From NCBI RefSeq assembly GCF_964355755.1, contig NC_092678.1, forward strand, positions 10,972,352 through 11,036,351: a stretch of 64,000 bases of DNA, given 5' to 3'. The DNA comes from Antedon mediterranea (taxonomy: Eukaryota; Animalia; Echinodermata). Shown here piece by piece: positions 1-10,208 of this stretch. Position numbers and translations under genes: made by a program. Every line of letters starts with the position of its first letter. Within the stretch, counting starts at the first letter, position 1. The notes under the pieces were generated by a model. That model had not been told where the DNA came from. It worked only from the letters and a program-made list of their open reading frames with translations, and made no database searches.

Positions 1-1181
1 TTTTTTTTCTTTTTTTTTTTATTTGAAAATAAATATTGTTTTTGAAGGTGAGATATTTTGAGGGTTGTAAATGTCAGGCCTAAACAAGTGAACCTTTTTT
101 AAAATCAGAAACAAAGTTCCATGGCATTATTTTTCATTGATTGGTCATTAATTTCATATAAATAGACTATTATCAGCTCTTCAGTTATCTACTGGTTTGT
201 GGCGTAACGGGTAATACCCAGGTGTGAGTGCTCTCAGTAGCGGGTTCCAACCTGTAAGGATATTTTTTTTTTAATTGAAAATAAATATTGTTTTTGAAAG
301 TGAGATATTTTGAGGGTTGTAAATGTCAGGCCTAAACAAGTGAACCTTTTTTTAAATCAGAAACAAAGTTGCATGGCATTATTTTTCATTGATTGATCAT
401 TCATTTCATATAAATAGACTATTATCAGCTCTTCAGTCATCTACTGGTTTGTGGCGTAACGGGTAATGCTCAGTTTTGAGTGCTCTGAGTAGTGGGTCGA
501 ACCTCTAGGGATATTTTTTTTCTTTTTTTTTTAAATTGAAAATAAATATGGTTTTTGAAAGTGAGATATTTTGAGGGTTGTAAATGTCAGCCTAAACAAG
601 TGGACCTTTTTTAAAATCAGAAACAAAGTTGCATGGCATTATTTTTCATTGATTGATCATTCATTTCATATAAATAGACTATTATCAGCTCTTCAGTCAT
701 CTACTGATTTGTGGCGTAACGGGTAATGCTCAGGTTTGAGTGCTCTGAGTAGTGGGTCGAACCTCTAGGGATATTTTTTTTCTTTTTTTTTTTAATTGAA
801 AATAAATATGGTTTTTGAAAGTGAGATATTTAGAGGGTTGTAAATATCAGGCCTAAACAAGTGGACCTTTTTTAAAATCAGAAACAAAGTTGCATGGCAT
901 TATTTTTCATTGATTTATTATTTATTTTATATAAACAGAGTATTATCAGCTCTTCAGTCATCTACTGGTTTGTGGCGTAACGGGTAATGCTCAAGTTTGA
1001 GTGCTCTCACTAGTGGGTTCAAACCTCTACGGATATTTTGTTTCTTTTTTTTTATTTAAAATAAATATTGTTTTTGAAAGTGAGATATTTTGAGGGTTGT
1101 AAATGTCAGGCCTAAACAAGTGAACCTTTTTTAAAATCAGAAACAAAGTTGCATTGCATTATTTTTCATTGATTTATTATT
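1..1181. repeat. ~260-bp tandem satellite (about 4.5 copies, continues off the left edge), each unit with a tRNA-like module and a T-tract
   Basis: The (G)AAAATAAATAT...GTGAGATATTT anchor recurs at about 25, 277, 538, 798 and 1057. Units are clearly homologous and differ mainly in poly-T length. The array switches abruptly to the 88-bp satellite at about 1182. Confidence 0.93.
966..1052 (+). other. tRNA-derived Pol III promoter-like module (A box, B box, T-run) inside the 260-bp satellite unit; other copies at about 194, 446 and 706
   Basis: A-box-like TGGCGTAACGGGTA at 973 with a D-stem GCGT/ATGC. B-box-like GGTTCAAACC at 1016, 43 nt downstream, close to tRNA spacing. T-runs follow about 10 nt later. 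No intact acceptor stem, so this is not a functional tRNA. Confidence 0.6.
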
Positions 1182-3385
1182 AAATGCGATTTGAAGCTTT
1201 TCCAAGCACTTTGCTGTTTTTATGTTAACAAGTTTTTTCGAAAATCACAAAATGGTCTAAAACGTCTCCAAATGCGATTTGAAGATATTCTGAGCACTTT
1301 GGTGTTTTTATGTTAAAAAGTTTTTTCGAAAATCACAAAATGGTCTAAAACGTCTCCAAATGCGATTTGAAGCTCTTCTGTACACTTTGATGTTTTGTGT
1401 GAAAAAGTTTTGTCAAAATGCTCAAAATGGTCTAAAACGTTTTTAAAACGATATTAAGCTATTTTGTGCTCTTTGATGTCTTTGTATAACCAAGTTTTTT
1501 TAGAAAATCACAAAATGGTCTAAAACGTCTCCAAATGCGATTTGAAGCTTTTCCAAGCACTTTGCTGTTTTTATGTTAACAAGTTTTTTCGAAAATCACA
1601 AAATGGTCTAAAACGTCTCCAAATGCGATTCTAAGATATTCTGAGCACTTTGGTGTTTTTATGTTAAAAAGTTTTTTCGAAAATCACAAAATGGTCTAAA
1701 ACGTCTCCAAATGCGATTTGAAGCTATTCTGTACACTTTGATGTTTTGTGTGAAAAAGTTTTGTCGATGCTCAAAATGGTCTAAAACGTTTTTAAAACGA
1801 TATTAAGCTATTTTGTGCTCTTTGATGTTTTTGTGTAACCAAGTTTCATCGAAATGAACAAAATGGTCTAAAACGTCTCAAAATGCGATTTGAAGGTATT
1901 CTGAGCACTTTGGTGTTTTTGTGTGAAAAGTTTTAACGAAATGCTCAAAATGGTCTAAAACGGTTCTAATGTGCTTTTAAGCACTTTGATGTTTTTGTAT
2001 AACCAAGTTTCATCGAAATGCACAACATGGTCTAAAACGTCTCCAAATGCGATTTAAAGCTATTCTAGACACTTTGATGTTTTGTGTGAAAAAGTTTTCT
2101 CGAAATGCTCAAAATGGTCTAAAACGTTTTCCAATACCATATTAAGCTATTTTGTGCAATTTGATGTTTTTGTGTAACCAAGTTTTTTGAAATGCGATTT
2201 GAAGATATTCTGAGCACTTTGGTGTTTTTATGTTAAAAAGTTTTTTCGAAAATCACAAAATGGTCTAAAACGTCTCCAAATGCGATTTGAAGATATTCTG
2301 AGCACTTTGGTGTTTTTATGTTAAAAAGTTTTTTCGAAAATCACAAAATGGTCTAAAACGTCTCCAAATGCGATTTGAAGCTATTCTGTACACTTTGATG
2401 TTTTGTGTGAAAAAGTTTTAACGAAATGCTCAAAATGGTCTAAAACGGTTTCTAATGTGATTTTAAGCACTTTGATGTTTTTGTGTAACCAAGTTTTTTC
2501 GAAAATCACAAAATGGTCTAAAACGTCTCCAAATGCGATTTGAAGCTTTTCTAAGCACTTTGGTGTTTTTATGTTAAAAAGTTTTTTCGAAAATCACAAA
2601 ATGGTCTAAAACGTCTCCAAATGCGATTCTGTACACTTTGATGTTTTGTGTGAAAAAGTTTTGTCGAAATGCTCAAATTGGTCTAAAACGTTTTTAAAAC
2701 GATATTAAGCTATTTTGTGCTCTTTGATGTTTTTGTGTAACCAAGTTTCATCGATATGAACAAAATGGTCTAAAACGTCTCCAAATGCGATTTGAAGCTT
2801 TTCTAAGCACTTTGGTGTTTTTATGTTAACAATTTTTTTCGAAAATCACAAAATGGTCTAAAACGTCTCCAAATGCGATTTGAAGATATTCTGAGCACTT
2901 TGGTGTTTTTATGTTAAAAAGTTTTTTCGAAAATCACAAAATGGTCTAAAACGTCTCCAAATGCGATTTGAAGCTATTCTGTACACTTTGATGTTTTGTG
3001 TGAAAAAGTTTTGTCGAAATGCTCAAAATGGTCTAAAACGTTTTTAAAACGATATTAAGCTATTTGGTGCTCTTTGATGTTTTTGTGTAACCAAGTTTCA
3101 TCGAAATGAACAAAATGGTCTAAAACGTTTTTAAATACGATATTAAGCTGTTTTGTGCACTTTGATGTTTTTGTGTGAAAAGTTTTAACGAAATGCTCAA
3201 AATGGTCTAAAACGTCTCCAAATGCGATTTGAAGCTTTCCAAGCACTTTGCTGTTTTTATGTTAACAAGTTTTTTCGAAAATCACAAAATGGTCTAAAAC
3301 GTCTCAAAATGCGATTTGAAGGTATTCTGAGCACTTTGGTGTTTTTGTGTGAAAAGTTTTAACGAAATGCTCAAAATGGTCTAAA
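1182..3385. repeat. 87-88-bp satellite array, segment 1
   Basis: The conserved core AAAATGGTCTAAAACG recurs every 87-88 bp (TGGTCT at 1253, 1341, 1428, 1516). About 12 monomer variants, two of them about 10 bp shorter. Confidence 0.97.
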
Positions 3386-4012
3386 TGTTTTGGGTTGCTG
3401 TACTAATGAAAGACTCTAACTCGCTTTACTGTCGTAACACATATATTATTTATTCAGTATAATACTTCAGTACAATATACAACTATAAGTATAGATAAGC
3501 AACGGACGGTCAATGATGCTGTCAGTGAGGTGTGAAGTGTGTAGGTCTGCTTCTGAAGAAGTGGCTGTGAGGTGTGTGCTCCGTGAGGTGGCTGTAAGGT
3601 GTGTGCTCCGTGAGGTGGCTGTAAGGTGTGTCTGGGCCCTTCTGAAACTTGGGAGTATATTGGCTCAGTTCATTTGCATAATGTCATTACATCATCTGTG
3701 AGGGTAACGATTGGTCCTAAGTTGATCCAGGGGTGTTTAAGTGGGAATGATTAACGGTATAATAAGGTATTTCTGTGATGGATGACACTGTCAAATCTGT
3801 ACTTAAATAGTGTCAATCACTCCTGGTTTAACGATGGGAAAGTCACAAAATTAAGCTAAGTGTTCTCTTTAGGAACTCTATTATAAACTAAATGGTCATT
3901 AAAACATCTGGACAAACTCTCCTCCGGACTTTCTGGGTCAAGTTTGTGAACCTATTTAAATTCCGATACAGAGGTCGATTTCTTAAATATAAAAGTATAT
4001 CGTTATATTACA
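3386..4012 (-). repeat. 3' LTR (outer terminus truncated by about 8-10 bp)
   Basis: Matches 10895-11512 with about 6 substitutions and one ~9-bp indel. Ends in ...CGTTATATTACA. Lacks the TGTAATAT terminus seen at 10885. Contains a 27-bp tandem repeat (about 3560-3635), ATTTGCAT at 3672 and a minus-strand AATAAA at about 3449-3454. Confidence 0.93.
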
Positions 4013-4040
4013 TCCCTTTGTTTCCCTTTTTTTTTTCTTC
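4013..4040 (-). promoter_or_regulatory. Polypurine tract (PPT)
   Basis: Minus strand reads GAAGAAAAAAAAAAGGGAAACAAAGGGA immediately before the TG of the 3' LTR. Confidence 0.85.
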
Positions 4041-4772
4041 TAATCTATTTAAAATATAAAAATGGTTATAATAGTGGCATGCAAAATTAAAGTTATATAA
4101 AAGAAAAAAACATTATTATACATATAAGCAAAAATTGAGTTAGCCAAAACCATTGACTCTGAAGTGTAACCTTATCACTTTCACTCTCTCTCTTCTCTCT
4201 CTTTAAAAAAATGAAATTAAAAAATGAATTTGGTATAAAAATTCGCGTAAATCAAACATAAATCAGTTGAAAATAAAAATACAAAACTTAAAAATAGTAT
4301 GTTACATTGAACATACATCAAATCGTGCGACAACTCATCGCGTTCTAATGGTCTTCAAACATAAATCATCAAATTAAAACATAAACTCAAGGTAATTACG
4401 ATTTCAATCGGTCGACAAATTCGACTTTTGTACTCAATGTCAAAAAAAATTACAATTAAGAGTACTAAGAAAATCTCCTGTTATTGTATATCAATTAATT
4501 AATGCTTGAGATTAACGACTCAAAGGTTAAACAAAATATTTGTTACAAAATGATTGTCGTTCTTTTCAATATCTCAATATATCGATCATCAAAATTCAAA
4601 ATTAATCTTTATCAAAAAACTCGTTACAAAATCAATACTTAAACGTAAATTCAATTTTTTTTTAACTGAAATCACATCATTACTAAACAAATCTCATCAA
4701 ATACGTAGACTATGCTCTCATTAATTTAGCAAATGTCGTAATTAAAAAATAATCTTGCAAAAAAAAATTAAA

Positions 4773-5683
4773 TCAGTAACTTGTTGCATTATACAAACGT
4801 TTTATGAATCGTTTTGGCGATCCACTTATCGGTATCTGTTTATCATTAATGATCTCTTTAATTAATTTATCTGTATCGTTATATCTGTCAATATTCCACC
4901 AAAATTTGCGATCATTAGATTCGTGTTTTGTTTCATCAGTGTTACATTTGGCTGAAGTCGGTTTAGAATATGAAACTAAAACTTGGAAATGTCCTGCTTT
5001 AAATCTACCTCGGTTTAATGTCATACTTGAATCATTGGGTGCTGTCATAATTAGATTAGTTTGTTCCTTAATTTGTTCTTCTTTCATTTGGAATGGGGCT
5101 GCTAATCCCATGTTATTCTCTACACAGTCAATGTAAGGTTGCAAGTTAAGGGGTTCTATCTTAGTTGGATGTGTAAGGGTATCTGATTGCAATTGGGCTG
5201 GTGTCCTATCATGTTCGTCTACAAATTCAACATTGATTTCGTCATTTACTACATTAATGGTGTTTTGGATTTTATCGTTATTATCATCGGTGGGTTCATT
5301 CAACAATTGTTTAAGTTTTTGGAGATGTGTAAAATTTTTGCGTTCTTTAGGTGTTCTCATAAAACAAGGTTTCAGTCTGTTATAATTGAATACGTCGTGA
5401 AGTATTTCTCCTTTAATCGTCGGTAGGATGTAGTGTGTTCTGTCTAGTACTTCATGAATTACTAATGGTCCGACCCATTCTGCGGCGATTTTCTTTGAAT
5501 TTGCTGTTAGTGATGATGATGTTGGCTTGTATAAATATACGAGTTGTCCTACTGAGTAAATTGGACTTTTTTCTAAGCGTTGGGAAATCTTTGAGTTTTG
5601 GACGTTTTGTTACGTGTTCGCTGTAATTGTAGCATTGTCTGTGAAATGTTTTGAAATTTCTTCTTGAGATGTTCAAAGTATTC
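4773..5683 (-). pseudogene. Disrupted C-terminal continuation of pol/integrase (GPY/F region plus ~195-aa extension)
   Basis: After the TAA at 5684-5686 the pol frame continues EYFEHLKKKFQNISQTMLQLQR. After a frameshift near 5600-5615 it reads ...YSVGQLVYLYKP...KKIAAEWVGPLVIHEV...HYIL...FNYNRLKPCF, typical Gypsy integrase C-terminal motifs, and runs in frame into ORF 4773..5360. Confidence 0.85.
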
Positions 5684-8600
5684 TTAGGAATGAGACAATC
5701 CTGAAATAGGGTTAAATGCTAATGAGGTCAAACTTGGAGGCTGGCGGCCAAAAACTAATTCGTAAGGGGAGTGGTTTCCTAGATGTGGGGATGAAAACGA
5801 GTTATAAGCATAACATGTTGTTGATACAAATCTAACCCAATCTGTTCCGAATTGGTTAAGGTTGACCTTTAACAGGTCCGATACGGTGCGGATATGACGT
5901 TCAACTTGTAAACTACCGTGATTGTGGACGCTGATGATTTTCCTATCAATATTAAGGGTGTTACATAATAGTGTTAATAATTTTCCTGTAAGGGAGGTTG
6001 CTGCATCTGAAATAAGACGAGATGGGGGTCCAAAAATACTGATGACCTTTTGAATTAGTGCTTCACAAATTGTTTCGGCATCAATGGATTTCAAAGGTAC
6101 ACAAATCAAAAATCTAGTTATCTCATCACATACTACCATAATATGTTTAAAACCTGAAGGTGATGTTGGCATACTCTTAAAATCTAGACTGAGTGTATGA
6201 AAGGGACGGTAAGTTGCTGGTACTCGATCGTGTAAAGGACGTAATTTATCGGTTTTGGGACGAAATTGTTGACATCTAAGACACGCCTGGGTATAATTGT
6301 TGACTTTCTCGAACATAAGGGGCATGTAAAATAATTTCCTAATAGTAAGGTAAGTACGCATCGTACCTTGGTGGCTACTTAACAAATTGTCGTGATACTG
6401 AGAAATAATAGTCTCTGCTAAGTTTTCAGGAACAGCTAATTGCAATACAAATTCTCCACCTTTATCTTGGAAAAATAAACGGAATAGTAAACCGTTGCAC
6501 AATATGTACTGCTCTGACTTATTCTGAACTGCACGAGCTGCATTCTTATCAGCTGGAAGGATATCATGAGCTAAATAATCGTAAACTGGCTTAAAAAATG
6601 GTGAAGTTTCTTGTTCAACACGTAATTGTTTAACATCTACTGGGAGGTTATAATCTCTAATTATCTTTCTTTGAATAACATCCATTAATCTATCTAAGTC
6701 TTGTTGTTTTGGGATGTGTGCTGACTTAAATTCAGTTATGTTTGGTACTAGTGGTTTGGGCGATGTATACAATTCAACTGGTACGTTTCGATGTGTAGTG
6801 TCTTTGCTTTGTTTATTTTTGTCTACTAGTCGTTCCTCTGGAGGTTGTCGAATGTTTACATTACGTATTGGGGGTGGTGTTACGATAGGTGGCGTTATGA
6901 TAGGCGGTGATCGATGTGCGTTTGTTTGTTGTCTCGTGATTATCTGTGGTGTAGTGGAAGGTTGAGGTGTAGGTCGCGTGTTTGTTGTCACTGGGTTTTG
7001 ATTAATGACGGGCGTTTGTTTGGGTTTGGGTTTGTGTAGGTCAGGTATATTTATTCCCATTTGCTTGGCGTATGACCTTGTTACTGGTCTGCAAGTAGAT
7101 GTGTTTGTAATCGGGTTAAGAGATTCAGTCTCTGTAATATTAAATGCAATGGGTACAACTTGATCAATTTCTGAATCGTCGTCACGAGGGGCTCGGGAGA
7201 GAAAATCTGCTAAAACTAATTCAGTTCCTTTCTTATAACCAATTTGGAAAATGTATCCGGACAATCGTAATATTAGTTTCTGTAAACGGGGTGTACATGG
7301 CTGATCTTTTGAATTCCAAATTTGTACAATTGCTGAGTGGTCTACGAATGCATCAAATTCGCAACCCTTTAGTAAATGTCGAAATGCTGAAACGTTAATG
7401 TAAAGTCCAAATAACTCTAATTCTGTGACGCTATATCGTTGACAGGCTTGTGGTAAGATTTTGGAATAATAACCTATTATGTGTTCTTGACCGCTTACTG
7501 TTTGTGTTAAATATGAACCTGTTGCGGTTCTTGAAGTGTCGCTATATAGCGTAAATCTACCTTCTTTTCTAGGCATTTGAAGAGTTGGTGGTTTAACCAT
7601 TAATTGTTTAATTTCGTCAAATGCTTTCTGGTGTTCAGTAGACCAACAAAATTTTCGGCGTTTGCTTGCGAGTGTGTGTAACGGACGTAAAATTGATTGT
7701 ATTTGAGGGAAAAAATGAGATACATAATTTACTGCACCAATAAATCGTTTAGTTTCTTTATGGGTTCGTGGGACTGGCAAATTTCGGATAGCTGCACACC
7801 TGTCGCCTAATGGTGTGATACATGCGTGTCCTGAAGAATTAATCAGGATGGTGTGTCCCATATATTGCACTCTATTCTTGAATAACTTACATTTCTTTGG
7901 ACAAATTCTAAAACCATTTAATTGTAGGGCTTGTAAAACGGAAACAAGGTGCTGCTTATGAGCAAATTTGTCTTGGCTAAATAAAATAATATCATCATGA
8001 TGGGCGATACAGAATTCTCTAGAATTTGGGATTTCATTTAAAATTTCGTCAATCTTTGCTTGAAATATACCTGGCGAAACGTTTAATCCTTGTGCTAATC
8101 TCTTATAATAATAATGCTTTCCACCATGATATGAAGCTATACCTGTATATTGTTGGGCATGTTCGGCTAATGGTACACAGTGGAACGCTGATTTCAAATC
8201 AATTACGCTAAGAATCTGTGCATTAGCGTTACCTATTGTTTTCAAAGTTTCGGCCAATAATGGGAATGGGTGATTAATACGTTTTATCCTGGAATTTAGA
8301 TAGCGAAAGTCTGTGACAACTCTTTTATCTTTTGAATTTTTTTTTGAAACAAGAAGGACAGGGGAAGTATACGATTGGTGTCCTACTGCTAAGATTCCTA
8401 ATTTGACTAATTTGTTCAATTCGGCCTCAATAACATGTTTGTCTTTGTCTGTCGCAAAGTATGGGCGAATAAAAAATGGTTCATCGTTAGAGAGGTGTAT
8501 GTCAGCTTTGAAGTTTGGGCAGCTAGATAGTTCACCATATAGTGAAAATGCGTTTCTGTTTTGTTGTAAGGTTTTATACAAATCTTCTTTTTCTCTATGT

Positions 8601-9505
8601 GTTAAAACGCTGTCTGTTAAATCAACTTGTTTTCTAATTATTTCTTCCTCGGTTAAAGATAGCAATGGGTCTGTACGTTCTAAATGTGGGTACTTGTTTG
8701 CGTTGTCATTGGTCAACTTTATTCTATCAATTGGTAGGTCATTAGTAACTGTTACAAGGTTGGTTAAATGAAGGCTCGCGATAGGTTGATGTGTATTTAG
8801 AGATACGTTTCTGTTTGTGTTGTTAGTGATATCAATGTTGGTTTCTCCTCTATGTAATTTTACTAACATATCTGATGGACAAAGTTTTGAAATATGGGTG
8901 GTTGCATGTAGAACAACATCAGAATTGCGTACAAAGGCGGGAACCCTTCCTTTTAATTTAACTGTTTTAGTATCACCGGGTTTAAGAAAAATCTTGTGTA
9001 CTGGACGAAAGCTAAAAATCTTTGGTCTAATGCGAAATGTGTTTTCCTTAAAATTTAAAGTACCGTCGAGTTCAGACAATGTTTCGGTTCCAAGTATCAG
9101 GTCAATACCTGTCAAATTTTTAACGATTAATGCTGAAATTTTAAATTTGTGTCCTTGGATAAATAATTCGAATTGCACTAAGTGGTTGGCATATAAGAAG
9201 TCACCGTTACCTAATCGAAATTTAGTTGTGTTCACTTTAACTGGCTTTAAACGCGATAAATAAAGTGAGGAATCAACGTACGATTGTGAGATTATAGTTC
9301 TAGTTGAACCACTGTCAAATAAAGTTAAAACATTTCTACCATCTGGTAAATTTCCTTTAACGTAATTTCTGTCGTTAAGTTGGGGGAGGTTGTCTATATC
9401 TTGGGGTCGGTGGGGTCTGGAATCGGGGCTTGTATGGGCTTGGGCTTCGGTTTCGTCTTGGGATATAATTTCGGGTGGGGGAACGTGAGCGTCGAGTATC
9501 ATCAT
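5684..9505 (-). CDS. pol: Gypsy Pol polyprotein (aspartic protease, reverse transcriptase, RNase H, integrase), ending at a premature stop
   Basis: Protease LFDSGS. RT motifs DFRYLN, IDLKSAF, LAQGL, HHDD and YMGH. RNase H motifs SDTS, ELELFG, DHSA and ADFLSR. Integrase zinc finger H..H..CLRC and the D(LDFK)-D(SDAA)-E(VERH) triad. Confidence 0.96.
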   Translation of the reverse strand: MMILDAHVPPPEIISQDETEAQAHTSPDSRPHRPQDIDNLPQLNDRNYVKGNLPDGRNVLTLFDSGSTRTIISQSYVDSSLYLSRLKPVKVNTTKFRLGNGDFLYANHLVQFELFIQGHKFKISALIVKNLTGIDLILGTETLSELDGTLNFKENTFRIRPKIFSFRPVHKIFLKPGDTKTVKLKGRVPAFVRNSDVVLHATTHISKLCPSDMLVKLHRGETNIDITNNTNRNVSLNTHQPIASLHLTNLVTVTNDLPIDRIKLTNDNANKYPHLERTDPLLSLTEEEIIRKQVDLTDSVLTHREKEDLYKTLQQNRNAFSLYGELSSCPNFKADIHLSNDEPFFIRPYFATDKDKHVIEAELNKLVKLGILAVGHQSYTSPVLLVSKKNSKDKRVVTDFRYLNSRIKRINHPFPLLAETLKTIGNANAQILSVIDLKSAFHCVPLAEHAQQYTGIASYHGGKHYYYKRLAQGLNVSPGIFQAKIDEILNEIPNSREFCIAHHDDIILFSQDKFAHKQHLVSVLQALQLNGFRICPKKCKLFKNRVQYMGHTILINSSGHACITPLGDRCAAIRNLPVPRTHKETKRFIGAVNYVSHFFPQIQSILRPLHTLASKRRKFCWSTEHQKAFDEIKQLMVKPPTLQMPRKEGRFTLYSDTSRTATGSYLTQTVSGQEHIIGYYSKILPQACQRYSVTELELFGLYINVSAFRHLLKGCEFDAFVDHSAIVQIWNSKDQPCTPRLQKLILRLSGYIFQIGYKKGTELVLADFLSRAPRDDDSEIDQVVPIAFNITETESLNPITNTSTCRPVTRSYAKQMGINIPDLHKPKPKQTPVINQNPVTTNTRPTPQPSTTPQIITRQQTNAHRSPPIITPPIVTPPPIRNVNIRQPPEERLVDKNKQSKDTTHRNVPVELYTSPKPLVPNITEFKSAHIPKQQDLDRLMDVIQRKIIRDYNLPVDVKQLRVEQETSPFFKPVYDYLAHDILPADKNAARAVQNKSEQYILCNGLLFRLFFQDKGGEFVLQLAVPENLAETIISQYHDNLLSSHQGTMRTYLTIRKLFYMPLMFEKVNNYTQACLRCQQFRPKTDKLRPLHDRVPATYRPFHTLSLDFKSMPTSPSGFKHIMVVCDEITRFLICVPLKSIDAETICEALIQKVISIFGPPSRLISDAATSLTGKLLTLLCNTLNIDRKIISVHNHGSLQVERHIRTVSDLLKVNLNQFGTDWVRFVSTTCYAYNSFSSPHLGNHSPYELVFGRQPPSLTSLAFNPISGLSHS

Positions 9506-10208
9506 TAAGGGATCGTTTTGTTGTGGCCATGTCTAACTTGAGAGAATTTATCTCATTTTGGAGCGATTCGAGACTATTAGGCCTATCTGTTTCCTTATTG
9601 ATATTGAATGAAACTTCCCGTGTGGCATCATCTACGGAAAGGTCAAGGTAATTTTGTGTGCTATTTACGATATTTTCAATAGTGGCATCGATTGGGGTGG
9701 ACATGGCTACAGCTGCTCTACATTTTGGTGGAAGGGTCGAAATAAATTTATTCTTTATCTGCTGGTCAGCGTATCCAATTCTGTCTGCGGCTTGTTTGAT
9801 TTTGGTTAAGTGCTTTTCGGCGTTGTCGCCAGTGGTGTATGTAATTGAATCGTATTCTCTTATGTGCGCATAGATTGATTTGTTTTTACTAAACCTGTTG
9901 ATGAATTGGGTTTTTAAGGATTCCAGTGAATCGAACTGCTTTCCCTCAATCCAGAGTCTAGCTTGGCCCTGAAGGCTACGTTTAAAAATACTTATTACAT
10001 TAATTAATTGGGCATTGTTTACAGGGTTTTCTAAAGTGTGGGCCTCAAGGTAGTCGGTAAACGATAAGTAGTGTGCACTACATTGGTCGTGATCGGTTAT
10101 GGAACCGTCATATCTTTTGGGAAGGAAATCGGTTTGTCTTAGGTGGGGCACGGGGTGAGGATTGACGGGCTCATTTAAAATTACTTCGTTATCAACAACG
10201 TCGACCAT
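9375..10208 (-). CDS. gag: Gag-like capsid protein of the retrotransposon
   Basis: 277-aa ORF upstream of pol with a retrotransposon gag-like motif (SLQGQARLWI...LKTQFINRF), a coiled-coil-like stretch and an Arg/Ser/Pro-rich tail. No CCHC knuckle. Confidence 0.85.
   Translation of the reverse strand: MVDVVDNEVILNEPVNPHPVPHLRQTDFLPKRYDGSITDHDQCSAHYLSFTDYLEAHTLENPVNNAQLINVISIFKRSLQGQARLWIEGKQFDSLESLKTQFINRFSKNKSIYAHIREYDSITYTTGDNAEKHLTKIKQAADRIGYADQQIKNKFISTLPPKCRAAVAMSTPIDATIENIVNSTQNYLDLSVDDATREVSFNINKETDRPNSLESLQNEINSLKLDMATTKRSLNDDTRRSRSPTRNYIPRRNRSPSPYKPRFQTPPTPRYRQPPPT

Noticed and set aside
194-262. Functional tRNA gene array
   Set aside because: No acceptor stem or canonical anticodon arm can be formed. 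It is kept only as a tRNA-derived module.
3513-3701. 62-aa ORF with repeated EVAVRCVLR
   Set aside because: It is the translation of the 27-bp LTR tandem repeat, and its 3' part is altered by the indel in the other LTR.
4773-5360. Separate env-like third ORF
   Set aside because: There is no signal peptide or transmembrane segment, and it is in frame with the upstream integrase GPY/F region, so it is the pol tail.
4804-9873. Plus-strand ORFs overlapping gag/pol
   Set aside because: They are antisense shadows of the coding strand with no recognisable motifs.
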